A stretch of DNA of 64,000 nucleotides from Candidatus Sungiibacteriota bacterium. Its GTDB lineage: Bacteria; Patescibacteriota; Minisyncoccia; Sungbacterales; HO2-52-23. The stretch is from positions 13,791 to 77,790 of the forward strand of contig JACPBG010000003.1 of the NCBI GenBank assembly GCA_016180435.1, in the 5' to 3' direction. The translations under genes were made by a program, and so were the position numbers. The notes under the pieces were generated by a model. The model was not told the origin of the DNA. It ran no database searches and saw only the letters and a list, made by a program, of their open reading frames with translations. Within the stretch, counting starts at the first letter, position 1. Each line of letters begins with the position of its first letter. Positions 26,097 to 35,953 of the stretch are shown here, piece by piece.

Positions 26097-27464
26097 ATGG
26101 AAAAGTATTTATTGAATACTCGGAGTGAATTCGAAACACATTTGAAAGAACTTGTGGAGATGCCAACAGTAAGTGCGGAGCCGGAGCGGGCGGGTGACAT
26201 CCGGCGTTGTGCCGAATATGCCGCGCGGATGCTGGGCGCCGGGGGTTTCAAATCGGGCGTGTTTGAAACCGCGGGTAATCCAATCGTGATCGGCCAATAT
26301 ATCCATGATGAACGCGCCCAAACCGTCATGATTTATAACCATCTGGATGTACAGCCGGCTGATAAAGAGAAAGAAGGATGGCGCACGGACCCGTTTACCT
26401 TTACGAAGATCGGTGATAAGTATTTTGGGCGAGGAACCACGGACGATAAAGGCCCGGCATTAGCCGCATTTTTGGCAGCGCACTATGCGGTATGGAAAAA
26501 ACTTCCAATTAACTTTTTTATCGTGTGGGAATTAGAGGAGGAAAGCGGCAGCACCAATTTCCATGAGCTTTTTGGCGATCGTTACCCGTTTTTATGCCGT
26601 CCCGATCCCGATGTGGTTATTGTGTCAGATGGCCTTTGGCGTGATCGCGAACATCCGGCCATTGAATACGGGCTTCGCGGCAATCTATGCTTTTCTTTGG
26701 CGCTTCAGACCGCAGATCATGATACCCATTCGGGTTGCACCGGCGGATTTGCGCGGAATCCGATAGTTGAACTTTGTGCCTTAATCTCAAGGATGGTTAA
26801 TGCCGTGACCGGGGATATAAAAATTCCCGGCATATATCGTAAAGTTTGCGGCGTGAATTTAGAGGAGTTGGAGAATTTAAGCCGAGGATTTGATCAGGAG
26901 GTCTTTAAGAAGGCGTGGGGGCTTCACACCACACGTAAGATGACTAACGAAGAAGCGGTTGTCTCTTTGAAGCTTTTGCCGACTTTTGAGGTGGTGAATA
27001 TCTCCGGCGGATATGAGGGTCCTGGGTTTAAGACCATCGTGCCGCACCGCACAGAGGCCAAAATCAGTATGCGGTTGGTTCCTGATCAGAATCCGGAGCA
27101 AGTGCTTGAGGCGGTGAAAAAATTCGTGGCACGAATGAATCCAGATGTGGAGGTACGAGCTTTGAGGGGAACGGCAAAACCATATGCCTCGGATTATAAA
27201 AATCCTTATTTTCAAATGCTGCAGCAGATTGTTGGCGAAGTGACGGGAAAAGAGTGTGCGCTGGATCGTTCGGGCGGATCAATCGGCGCCGTGGGCACTA
27301 TGGCCGAGTATTTAAAGGCGCCCATTGTTTTATTCGGATTAAGTTTGCCCGAACACGGATATCATGCTCCAAACGAATATTTTGAATGGTCCCAGGCCGA
27401 GGCGGGTATCCGCATATTCGCCGAGTACTTTGAAGAAATCTCGAAACTTAAAAGTCCCGTTTAA
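26097..27464 (+). CDS. M20-family metallopeptidase (dipeptidase/ArgE/DapE-like)
   Basis: IYNHLDVQPAD...GRGTTDDKGP, the M20 metal-binding motifs. Confidence 0.85.
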   Translation: MEKYLLNTRSEFETHLKELVEMPTVSAEPERAGDIRRCAEYAARMLGAGGFKSGVFETAGNPIVIGQYIHDERAQTVMIYNHLDVQPADKEKEGWRTDPFTFTKIGDKYFGRGTTDDKGPALAAFLAAHYAVWKKLPINFFIVWELEEESGSTNFHELFGDRYPFLCRPDPDVVIVSDGLWRDREHPAIEYGLRGNLCFSLALQTADHDTHSGCTGGFARNPIVELCALISRMVNAVTGDIKIPGIYRKVCGVNLEELENLSRGFDQEVFKKAWGLHTTRKMTNEEAVVSLKLLPTFEVVNISGGYEGPGFKTIVPHRTEAKISMRLVPDQNPEQVLEAVKKFVARMNPDVEVRALRGTAKPYASDYKNPYFQMLQQIVGEVTGKECALDRSGGSIGAVGTMAEYLKAPIVLFGLSLPEHGYHAPNEYFEWSQAEAGIRIFAEYFEEISKLKSPV

Positions 27465-27502
27465 TTTAATCGGGACTATTTATTATCCGGTTAGGACTTG
27501 TT

Positions 27503-28447
27503 TTAACGGGACCCATATTTTTTCTCAAGTTCGGCAAGATATGCCTCAAGCGCGGATGTTTCAGCCGGAGATTTTTTAAGATCGGCAATCAGCAATTTTA
27601 GGTCTCCGCATTTTTCATAGAGCGCCACCACGCGATCAAAATATTTATGGTACAGATAATCATAGCTTATTTTAGCCTCCAGTCGATTTTCTTCCAGTGA
27701 CTCTTGGTTAAGAGATTCTCCGATATTTCTGAACTCCGCCATATAGTTTGGATAATCTTCCGCAATCTCAAATATTTTTTCATACCATTCTTCTTCGGGT
27801 ATATGCAAAAAAATATCCAGCACAGTTTTAACAAAATCGTTTAGTTCCCGTGAAATAGCGCGGTAGCGCTGTATCAGGGCCTCGGTTTTAGTATAATTGG
27901 CACGGTCTTCGGCGTATTCAAAAAACTTAAGCGCGGCCAAGGTCGCCAAGGGGGTTATGATCGCTTCTTGGTTGATAGTTCCACGAAGATGCTCGGTGTT
28001 CATATGCAGGTCTTCATGCAGGATGACGTCCACTTTTCTCATAAGCTCTTCTTTGGCAAAATCCGGAGTTATGGTTGATCCTTTGTCGGCGAGTTGCTCG
28101 CCTAGGCGCGTATAGATGCTGTAGCTTTTATTATATAGATACCAATTCTGTATAATTTTTCGCGGGGACTCTGAAAAATACAGCCAAAATTCCATTTCTA
28201 TGGGTTCGTGCAATGCAAGAGTACCGCGCTTTTGCGCCATGACCACAAGCCAGTCCTGGCGCGGGGCCTCCAGAGCAGTTTTGGTTAGTACGGCGCTTGG
28301 TTCAATGCCGATGGTTTTTCCGAATTCTTTGACTTCTTTGGAAAGCGCTGCGGTTTCACGCAGGAGTTCTTCTTCGGATTTTTCTGCAGCTGCGGCCTTG
28401 GGTTCAAAAAGAAAAATGCACAGGATAATCAAAAGGATTTTTCTCAT
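27503..28447 (-). CDS. Secreted protein with a zincin HExxH motif (putative metallopeptidase, DUF2265-like)
   Basis: Signal peptide MRKILLIILCIFLFEPKAAAA, plus VILHEDLHMNTEHL (HExxH with a downstream E). Confidence 0.45.
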   Translation of the reverse strand: MRKILLIILCIFLFEPKAAAAEKSEEELLRETAALSKEVKEFGKTIGIEPSAVLTKTALEAPRQDWLVVMAQKRGTLALHEPIEMEFWLYFSESPRKIIQNWYLYNKSYSIYTRLGEQLADKGSTITPDFAKEELMRKVDVILHEDLHMNTEHLRGTINQEAIITPLATLAALKFFEYAEDRANYTKTEALIQRYRAISRELNDFVKTVLDIFLHIPEEEWYEKIFEIAEDYPNYMAEFRNIGESLNQESLEENRLEAKISYDYLYHKYFDRVVALYEKCGDLKLLIADLKKSPAETSALEAYLAELEKKYGSR

Positions 28448-28596
28448 AAACTACCGGGGTTTTATTGTAAAGTTCTGATTTAAGAATTAGCACGGATGGA
28501 GTATAAAAGTAAAGTCCCGCTGAAGCGGGACGGATCCATATATTATACTGAAAAATTACTATCCAGTATGTCGCGCAGAACTGTATCTACCGCGTG

Positions 28597-29415
28597 TCAG
28601 GTTCCTTCCAGGATCAGGTCAATCGGCATGCGGCCATCAAACACTTTGTGCGGGCGGGTTAGCCATTCATAGATAAGGGCGGGGTGTCGGGTCGCATCTG
28701 TTTCCGTTTGTGAAAATACTGACTTGAGAAGTTCAATCCGTTCTTTTCCGATTTTTATTTTCTCAAATCCCTCGGCTGTTTTACGGAGATATGTACTTTC
28801 GCTTTGGTGCTCCTGTGCGCGGGCGATTACCATTGTATATGGTCGGACATCTCGTGAAATAGTTGATCCGGCTGCCACCATGGCATCGTTTCCGATCGTG
28901 ATAGGCGCTATGAGATTCGCGTTTGTTCCGATGAATACGCCGTTGCCGATTGCGATGGGATGTTTTTTCGTGCCATCATAATTTGCGGTAATTACACCCG
29001 CGCCGATATTTACATTATTGCCTATATCTGCATCTTCTATGTCGCAATGGTGTTTCGCCGTAAAGTTTTTCCCAATCCTGCAGCGTTTAAATTGTGCCGT
29101 AAATCCGATTTTCGCTCCGGATTTGATTTGGCAATTCTCTATGCAGGCTGTGGGGCCAATAGAGGAGTCGGGCCCGATTTTGCTGTTTACAATCCAGGAG
29201 CCGGGAAGTATGGTTGATCGCGGACCAATTTGTATATTTCCGACAAAGAAAATATTCGGACCAAGCCGCACTCCGCCACCAAATTTTAAAGATGAACCCT
29301 CGCTCACAAATACCGTTTCTTCGTTATCAACCAACATGTTCGGTCTGCGGGAATTTTTAAAGAATCCCGATTCACGCAGGGTTATAAATCGTGGCGACGA
29401 TTCGCGCTTTTCCAT
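28597..29415 (-). CDS. Left-handed beta-helix (hexapeptide-repeat) acyltransferase, GlmU C-terminal-like, with a C-terminal DUF2384-like tail
   Basis: Multiple [LIV]G.N..IG hexapeptide repeats. The C-terminal segment YEWLTRPHKVFDGRMPIDLILEGT resembles the WL..P...LgG..Pldll motif of the Xre/MbcA/ParS antitoxin C-terminal domain. Confidence 0.65.
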   Translation of the reverse strand: MEKRESSPRFITLRESGFFKNSRRPNMLVDNEETVFVSEGSSLKFGGGVRLGPNIFFVGNIQIGPRSTILPGSWIVNSKIGPDSSIGPTACIENCQIKSGAKIGFTAQFKRCRIGKNFTAKHHCDIEDADIGNNVNIGAGVITANYDGTKKHPIAIGNGVFIGTNANLIAPITIGNDAMVAAGSTISRDVRPYTMVIARAQEHQSESTYLRKTAEGFEKIKIGKERIELLKSVFSQTETDATRHPALIYEWLTRPHKVFDGRMPIDLILEGT

Positions 29416-29474
29416 ATAATCCTTTCTTTGTGGAACTACTTTTGAAACGAACTTTACGCTATGCTGGTTATATC

Positions 29475-30146
29475 ATGCGTAAGATAAATTACAAGGTGAT
29501 GCGAAAGAAGCCCCAGAATCAAAAGTTAATATTTATAGATTTTGACGATGTTTTGTTGAATACCAAAACATTCCGAAAAGAACTTTTCTCCGGTCTCGGC
29601 GTGCCCTATAAATACGCGGTCAAGTGCTATGTAGAAATGCAGAATACGCGGGGACGGTATGATCCCCATCCTTACTTTATGTTTATACGGAGGTGCTATC
29701 CCAATATGCGATATCGGCTTTTGATGCGGATGCTTAATGCCAAGCAAATGCGCACGCGCCGTCACGTTTTTGCGGATTCGGAAAAGTTTTTGCGCTGGTT
29801 GAGAAAGGACGGTTGGCGAATTGAGCTTGTGTCAAGCGGGAATTACGCCATGCAAAAAAGGAAAATTCTGGGCAGCGGCCTTGCCAAATTTTTCCATAAG
29901 ATTCATATTGTGCCCATAACCCGTGCCAAGGGCCGCGAAATACGCCGGGTTTTAAACGGCAGGCGCGGCAATTTCGTTTTTATCGATGATGTTAAAATTA
30001 TTGTTGATGATGTGAAGAAACTTCATCCGGAAGCATTTGTATTTCAGATGCGCAGGCGCAGAGACCGGGAAAAATCAAATCGAGTTGATGCGGTTGTTAA
30101 AAATTTTTCCCAGGCCGTTAATATCCTTAAAAAATTACATGCTTAA
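29475..30146 (+). CDS. HAD-superfamily hydrolase
   Basis: Motif I FIDFDDVL, motif II LVSSG, motif III K, motif IV FIDDV. The start is uncertain (29475 or 29499). Confidence 0.55.
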   Translation: MRKINYKVMRKKPQNQKLIFIDFDDVLLNTKTFRKELFSGLGVPYKYAVKCYVEMQNTRGRYDPHPYFMFIRRCYPNMRYRLLMRMLNAKQMRTRRHVFADSEKFLRWLRKDGWRIELVSSGNYAMQKRKILGSGLAKFFHKIHIVPITRAKGREIRRVLNGRRGNFVFIDDVKIIVDDVKKLHPEAFVFQMRRRRDREKSNRVDAVVKNFSQAVNILKKLHA

Positions 30147-31098
30147 AAAAAATAAGGAAAAGAAGCCGCGAATTGTGGTAATCGGCGGCGGTACCGGGGC
30201 ATTTACCGTGCTTTCGGGCCTGCGCAAATATCCGCTGGAGCTGGCGGCCATAGTATCTATGGCGGATGATGGCGGATCAACCGGCGTTCTCCGAGAAGAG
30301 TTCGGAATCTTGCCGCCCGGCGACGTGCGCCGGGTTTTGGTCGCTATGGCGCATTCCGATAACCGCATGATGTCGGAGCTTTTTAATTACCGCTTTGCCG
30401 AAGGAGGATTACGAGGCCATACTTTCGGCAATATAATGCTTGCCGCACTTTCCCGCGTTACTGGCAGTTTTGAGGGCGCAATTTATGAGGCATCGCGGAT
30501 TTTGCGCGTGCGCGGAACTGTGATTCCGGTAACTCTTGATAATGTGCGGCTTTGCGCGAAATTGGAAAATGGCGCCGTGATACGCGGAGAATCCAATATT
30601 GATATGCCCAAACACGATGGCCGATTGCATATTAAAAAATTATGGCTTGATCCGGCGGCATATTTAAATAAAAAGGCGCGGGAAGCGATTCTCGCGGCGG
30701 ATATGATTGTAATCGGTCCGGGAGATCTTTATACAAGCATTATGCCCAATTTGGTAGTTCACGGTATGAGGGATGCCATCCGAAAATCCAGAGCCAAAAA
30801 AGCGTATGTTGTGAATTTGATGACCAAATGGGGGGAAACCAACGGATATGCAGCCGCGGATTTTGTGCGCATGGTGGAGAAAGAATTGGGCGGCGGGGTT
30901 TTGCATTATGCGCTTATAAATTCTAAGCATCCGTCTGCGGACCGCCTGCGGCAATACGAAAAAGAATCCTCGGAATTTGTTGCCCCAGGAGAACTTTCCA
31001 AGAAACCCGTTGCGGTTTTTGGAGATTTTTTGCGTAATCGCGGATTTGTGCGCCATGATCCGGATAAATTGGCGAAAGTTCTGGTATCACTTATTTAG
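30139..31098 (+). CDS. YvcK/CofD-family protein (gluconeogenesis factor / 2-phospho-L-lactate transferase-like, UPF0052)
   Basis: IVVIGGGTGAFTVLSGLRKY...ADDGGSTG signature. Started at the internal Met at 30139, overlapping the upstream stop by 8 nt. Confidence 0.75.
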   Translation: MLKKNKEKKPRIVVIGGGTGAFTVLSGLRKYPLELAAIVSMADDGGSTGVLREEFGILPPGDVRRVLVAMAHSDNRMMSELFNYRFAEGGLRGHTFGNIMLAALSRVTGSFEGAIYEASRILRVRGTVIPVTLDNVRLCAKLENGAVIRGESNIDMPKHDGRLHIKKLWLDPAAYLNKKAREAILAADMIVIGPGDLYTSIMPNLVVHGMRDAIRKSRAKKAYVVNLMTKWGETNGYAAADFVRMVEKELGGGVLHYALINSKHPSADRLRQYEKESSEFVAPGELSKKPVAVFGDFLRNRGFVRHDPDKLAKVLVSLI

Positions 31099-31120
31099 CG
31101 TATAAATCCGTATAAATTTT

Positions 31121-31780
31121 ATGCAAAAAGCGGTTATTTTTGATATGGACGGCGTTATTGCCGATACCCAGATAATTCATGCCTCGGTCGCAAGCAACAT
31201 GCTTCGCGATGTGGGGATTGTTGTAGATCCAGACATCATATCTTATAAATATGCAGGCGTTTCTTATCCAACGATGTTTCGGGAAATTTTTGACCAATCC
31301 GGAATTCAAAAAGGCGTTGAGGAAATAGTTGCTAAGACCAGAAGTACGGCGTTAAAAGCGCTGCAGGAAACCGAAATTGTACCACTTCCCGGGGCCTTAG
31401 AATTGATACAAATCTGTCTTGAAAACGGATTTGCTACGGCCATCGCGTCATCTTCGCGGTTTGCCATGATTGATACGGTTTTGAATAAACTTGGTTTAAC
31501 CGGAAAATTTCACGCAATTGCGTCGGGCGAAGAAGTTAAACGCGGCAAGCCCGATCCGGAAATTTTTCTTTTGGCGGCGCAAAGAATCAGTATAAATCCG
31601 CAAAATTGCGTAGTAATTGAAGATAGCTATCATGGCATGTTCGGAGCAAAGTCGGCCGGGATGAAATGTATAGGACTGATACGTGATGGAGATTTTGACC
31701 GGGGATATCCGGCCGATCTTCTTGTAAAAAACCTTCATGAGGTGTCAGTTGGAACCATCCTGGATATTTTGGGACAGTAG
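31121..31780 (+). CDS. HAD hydrolase, beta-phosphoglucomutase-like subfamily
   Basis: VIFDMDGVIADTQ (DxDG motif), a C1 cap, and the VIEDS motif IV. Confidence 0.8.
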   Translation: MQKAVIFDMDGVIADTQIIHASVASNMLRDVGIVVDPDIISYKYAGVSYPTMFREIFDQSGIQKGVEEIVAKTRSTALKALQETEIVPLPGALELIQICLENGFATAIASSSRFAMIDTVLNKLGLTGKFHAIASGEEVKRGKPDPEIFLLAAQRISINPQNCVVIEDSYHGMFGAKSAGMKCIGLIRDGDFDRGYPADLLVKNLHEVSVGTILDILGQ

Positions 31781-31811
31781 AATTTTCAAAAATAAAAGCC
31801 CGCGGGGGGCT

Positions 31812-32456
31812 TTATGCAAATTGGCAAATGATATGGATGGCGTCAACAAGAGCTTGCCGTGAAATGGATGGCGCATGCCGGTGATGTACATTGCGGCAAA
31901 CTTCATCCGATAGCAAAGGAAGCTGTATCAAGCCGAAATGTGCCGAAATGTCAGGAAGTTCAATAGAGCCGGGTCTTCTCGGAGAGTTTTTTTGCCTTTC
32001 TATCATAATTGGTACAATTGAGGAAACATAGCTGCAATCCGATGGCCGGAGATCTTGTGCGCATATTGCCGGAATTTCTTTTTCGGCAAGCGCCTGGATA
32101 ATCATATCCGCATCCAGGGTGCATGGCAGTATGCGGCTTTCGTCGTCCAATCCCACACTTGTCCCTCCTCGTTCTATCGGAAAACGGTTATACACGACTT
32201 TTTGGAAAGTAATGCAAGTACGCTGCGGAATTGTTTCAAACGTCAATACCGCATCGGGTTTGAGCACGTGAATACGATTACTTAGTCGTGGAAATGTTTG
32301 CCCGAGGTTGTCGTTATCTACGATCATTGATTCAATGTGCAGATCGTCTGGAAGAAACATATCCTGATGCCATTGTTGAATGATTCCGGCTATTAGTTCG
32401 CAGGGATCCGCTAAAAGGTCATTTCGTTTGCAGGCTACAATTATAATTTTTTTCAC
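31812..32456 (-). CDS. Hypothetical protein (Rossmann-like N-terminus)
   Basis: 214-aa ORF with no family recognised. Confidence 0.4.
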   Translation of the reverse strand: MKKIIIVACKRNDLLADPCELIAGIIQQWHQDMFLPDDLHIESMIVDNDNLGQTFPRLSNRIHVLKPDAVLTFETIPQRTCITFQKVVYNRFPIERGGTSVGLDDESRILPCTLDADMIIQALAEKEIPAICAQDLRPSDCSYVSSIVPIMIERQKNSPRRPGSIELPDISAHFGLIQLPLLSDEVCRNVHHRHAPSISRQALVDAIHIICQFA

Positions 32457-32535
32457 GGTTTTATCCCCAGTTTGCTAAGAGCTGTTTTTATTTGTACGCT
32501 ATTTATAATCCAAAGTCAATGTTATGTTAAGTTGT

Positions 32536-32582
32536 CGTAGCTTCGAGGCTAAACCTCGATAGTTAACTATCGAGGTTTAGCC
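32536..32582. repeat. Near-perfect 20-bp-arm palindrome tcgaggctaaacctcgatag TTAA ctatcgaggtttagcctc upstream of tsaC
   Basis: Read directly. Same motif family as the in-frame palindrome at 62960-63010 in mfd. Confidence 0.8.
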
Positions 32583-32605
32583 TCTGTTGCATTTGTCTAT
32601 AGTTT

Positions 32606-33295
32606 ATGCGAATTATCAAACTTAACGAATCAAATCAAGCGATAGTTATAAAAAATGCCATAAAAATTATTCAAGGTGGCGGAATTGTGATTGGTCCCAC
32701 CGATACGGTTTACGGGATTTTTTGCGATGCGCGGAATAAAGATGCAATAAAGAAAATTTTTGCCTTAAAAGGGCGCCCCCGACAAAAAGCCCTCCCGATT
32801 TTTGTGCGCGATATAAAAATGGCGCGATATTATACGTATATTTCGGATGCCAAAGCGAGGTTTTTGGAGAAAGTGTGGCTTACCCCGTTAGATAATGAGC
32901 GAAGCGAAAATATAATGGGGCCCGGATTCGTAACCGTAGTTTTTCAACATAAGGATAAGTTGCCGAGGGTTTTAACCGGGGGCCTTGACACCGTCGGGAT
33001 TCGTATTCCGAATCATCCTTTTTTGCGCGAATTATTATTTATTTTGGACTATCCGGTTGCGCAGACCTCGGCCAATGTTTCTGATGCGCCTCCGGCCCGT
33101 AATGTCGCGGAAATTAAGAAGTATTTTATAGGCGCCAAAACCAAACCCGATTTAGTCATTGATGCCGGAGAGATTGAGGGGGAACCATCCGCGGTGATTG
33201 ATTGTACTGGAGTAAGGCCCGTTATTTTGCGAACCGGCACGCTTTCATTCGATACTCTGAATGATTTTTGGGACTCTCCGACGGATGGAAATTGA
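32606..33295 (+). CDS. tsaC: L-threonylcarbamoyladenylate synthase (YrdC/Sua5 family)
   Basis: YrdC-domain motifs GGIVIGPTDTVYGIFCDA, ALKGRP, LP.FV, and GIRIP.H. Confidence 0.8.
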   Translation: MRIIKLNESNQAIVIKNAIKIIQGGGIVIGPTDTVYGIFCDARNKDAIKKIFALKGRPRQKALPIFVRDIKMARYYTYISDAKARFLEKVWLTPLDNERSENIMGPGFVTVVFQHKDKLPRVLTGGLDTVGIRIPNHPFLRELLFILDYPVAQTSANVSDAPPARNVAEIKKYFIGAKTKPDLVIDAGEIEGEPSAVIDCTGVRPVILRTGTLSFDTLNDFWDSPTDGN

Positions 33296-33353
33296 CAGAT
33301 ATTCCGTACTCTGATACGATTTTTACAGTTCATTCACGAAAGAAAAATAATCC

Positions 33354-34109
33354 ATGAAATCGGTAATGGAGATGACCCTGGAAGAACTATCTGCGTTTGT
33401 TGCGGAACGATGGCCGTTTGATGAAAATAATTATGATCAACTCAGACGCATTATGTCTGTACCGGTAGCCGTACGTACAAAATTTTCGATAATGCATATT
33501 CATAAGCATTTGAGTAAAACAGTAGGATTGATAGCTGACTTCTTGGAGCCGCTTGATCATCAAACTTTCGCTCTGCTGGCTAGATATTTGGATTCGGTTA
33601 AATGCAGAAATATTTTGGCGATGGTGGCAAAAAACCTTTTGGTCAGTACGGTTCGTCTTATAGAAGCCGCTAATCTCGCTCCTTACGACGCGAATCTAGA
33701 GCGGCAGATTAATGAAATGACACTGTCGGAACTGTGTTCACATGTTGAAGCGCATTACCCTTTCGGTTACGGTGAGCTTGGGCGGATCCCTCCTCTGACG
33801 CACAATAAGGATTATGATACATTGCGTTTGAAATTCGCCCTGGAGGACATTCACTACGAATTAAGTGAAGCGACTGGCGTTATTGGTAAATTTTTGCGCG
33901 ACCGCAATAAAAATCCAATCATTGGTAATATGATTGCTTATATGGAATCGCCAGTCTCCAGAAAAGAACTTGAACCCATAGCGATGATGCTGACATTAAA
34001 TATGGCCCGTTTAATCGGAGTCATGTCATTGGCGCCATACTTGGAAGAAGAATTTTCCTTACGGGCATACGAACACCACCGGATACACCCGAAGAATAAG
34101 AAATTATGA
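33354..34109 (+). CDS. Hypothetical all-alpha protein with an internal tandem duplication (possible MazG/HisE-like NTP-pyrophosphatase fold)
   Basis: Two approximately 115-aa repeats, MTLEELSAFVAERWPFDENNYDQL... and MTLSELCSHVEAHYPFGYGELGRI... Confidence 0.35.
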   Translation: MKSVMEMTLEELSAFVAERWPFDENNYDQLRRIMSVPVAVRTKFSIMHIHKHLSKTVGLIADFLEPLDHQTFALLARYLDSVKCRNILAMVAKNLLVSTVRLIEAANLAPYDANLERQINEMTLSELCSHVEAHYPFGYGELGRIPPLTHNKDYDTLRLKFALEDIHYELSEATGVIGKFLRDRNKNPIIGNMIAYMESPVSRKELEPIAMMLTLNMARLIGVMSLAPYLEEEFSLRAYEHHRIHPKNKKL

Positions 34110-34206
34110 CCCCTCACGGGTCTTTTTTATATCCCGGGTTGGCATGTGGATTGCGGTATATTGTTGGACTTATAAGTTTGGAGTATCCTTTAAGTTACAT
34201 TCTTTT

Positions 34207-34884
34207 ATGCTTTTATCTCGCCATGCCATTTTGCGTCATTTCAAAGAGGGGAATATTGTAATTGACCCCTTTGACGATCGAAAATTAAAAACCACCAGCT
34301 ACGATGTTGCGTTGGGTGAGTGGTTTTGGCGCGAAGGACATCCGGAGAGTCGCGCAACACTTCATAATGTATATGACGAGGAATCAACTAAGCGGGTGTG
34401 GCAGGGGCCTTATGGTGCGGAAAGTGCGAGGGCGGTAAGCGAGCGGCTTGGGCTTAATCTTAAAAATATTAAACCCGAAGATAAAATTATTCTTTTACGT
34501 CCGGGCGAGACGGTCTTGGCGCACACTGATGAATTTATAGGCGGACGCAATAAAGTGGTTTCCAAAATGTATGCGCGCTCGTCTCTTGGCAGAAACTTTG
34601 TGGAAGTTTGCAAAGACGCGGGCTGGGGGGACATCGGATATTTCAACCGTTGGACCATGGAGGTGACAAATAATTCGCAGTATTTTACGATCCCGTTGGT
34701 GGTGGGGCGCCGCATCGGGCAGATGGTGTTTTATGAGGTAGAGCCGGTGGCAAGCGGAGCGGATTATGTGGCGGAAGCGGGAAAGTATCAACTATCGCAG
34801 GATATTGAGGAGGTCAAAAAAACCTGGAAGCCGGAGATGATGATACCGAGCATGCATTTAGATTGGGAGGTACGCTCCGTATAG
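34207..34884 (+). CDS. dCTP deaminase / dUTPase-fold protein (Dcd-like) with a C-terminal extension
   Basis: N-terminus ILRHFKEGNIVIDPF...TSYDVALG and core LRPGETVLAHTDEFIGG...SSLGR...GWGD.G matching Dcd family blocks. Confidence 0.65.
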   Translation: MLLSRHAILRHFKEGNIVIDPFDDRKLKTTSYDVALGEWFWREGHPESRATLHNVYDEESTKRVWQGPYGAESARAVSERLGLNLKNIKPEDKIILLRPGETVLAHTDEFIGGRNKVVSKMYARSSLGRNFVEVCKDAGWGDIGYFNRWTMEVTNNSQYFTIPLVVGRRIGQMVFYEVEPVASGADYVAEAGKYQLSQDIEEVKKTWKPEMMIPSMHLDWEVRSV

Positions 34885-35147
34885 CGGTTATCGGCAATTC
34901 TTTTTACAGACACGCAAAAATTTCCCTGCGAGAAATTTTTCTCAGGATCCGGCATTGCTCTCCCGCCTTTAGCGGGATCCATGCCCGCAATGTCTCATCA
35001 TGGTCTGTAAAAAGAATTGCCGATAACCGCATTTATTTTGCTATAAGGTTTTCGTAATGTAACCGGCATTTGCCGGTTTTTTTGATTGACATAAAAAAGC
35101 AAGCGTGTTACTAATGGATATAGATCTTTAATGTTGAGGATGAATCT

Positions 35148-35597
35148 ATGTTAACGAAGCCGACAGAAGCGCAGATCAAAAAAGCATGTGAGTTCTGGGC
35201 GGGAAAACTTGGTAAATTTAACGCATTTTTCCAGACTAAAGAGGAACGGAAAGATCCGGCGAACCGCGAAACATCTTATGAAGAAACTCGAGCGACAGTA
35301 GACGGCCAGCAACATGCGGCGCAATTTTCTACGGCGGAGGCCAAAGAGCGGTTGAAAGTGGAAATTCGTAAATATTTACGTGAGCATGAGTTTGAATTCG
35401 TTCCGGATTTGGGAAGGCGCGTCCATATTTGTTTAGATGTAGATTACCACCCAAGGTATGATTTTTTCGATATCGTAGATAAAGCCGGACTTGATCCGCA
35501 TGATTTTTTGTTTCCGATCAAGACACAACTTGTTATAAAGCCGGACGGCGGGGTAGTTGTTTTTGAGGGCATTAACGCGGAACCGTATGAAATTTAA
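35148..35597 (+). CDS. Hypothetical protein
   Basis: 149-aa ORF with no family recognised. Confidence 0.4.
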   Translation: MLTKPTEAQIKKACEFWAGKLGKFNAFFQTKEERKDPANRETSYEETRATVDGQQHAAQFSTAEAKERLKVEIRKYLREHEFEFVPDLGRRVHICLDVDYHPRYDFFDIVDKAGLDPHDFLFPIKTQLVIKPDGGVVVFEGINAEPYEI

Positions 35598-35695
35598 ATA
35601 GGTTCGAGTCAGCATCTGCCGGCTTATTTTAATTGCCGGTTTTTGTTTGTTTACGCGGGGGTTGACTTTTATTTTAGGATTAGTATCATAGAATT

Positions 35696-35953
35696 ATGAA
35701 ACGCATCCCAAAATTACCAACTATTGATGTTAAAAAATACGGAGGGCGGCAGGTTGCGATTGTGGATGGAAAGATCATCGCATCTGGACGTACTTTACGT
35801 CAGGTTATTTTGCGGGCGCGAAAAATAATTCCTTCGCGGCCACTGCATGAGATTAGAGTTTTTTCCGTACCAAGATCTCTGTCGGTGATTTATTATGCCC
35901 AATATTCAGATTTTTCCATATGGTATCACGCTTCGGGAGGGGGGTGCAGTTGA
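35696..35953 (+). CDS. DUF5678-like small protein (copy 1)
   Basis: MKRIPKLPTIDVKKYGGRQVAIVDGKIIASGRTLRQVILRARK; a paralogue lies at 46530. It overlaps the downstream aspartic protease by 59 nt. Confidence 0.5.
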   Translation: MKRIPKLPTIDVKKYGGRQVAIVDGKIIASGRTLRQVILRARKIIPSRPLHEIRVFSVPRSLSVIYYAQYSDFSIWYHASGGGCS

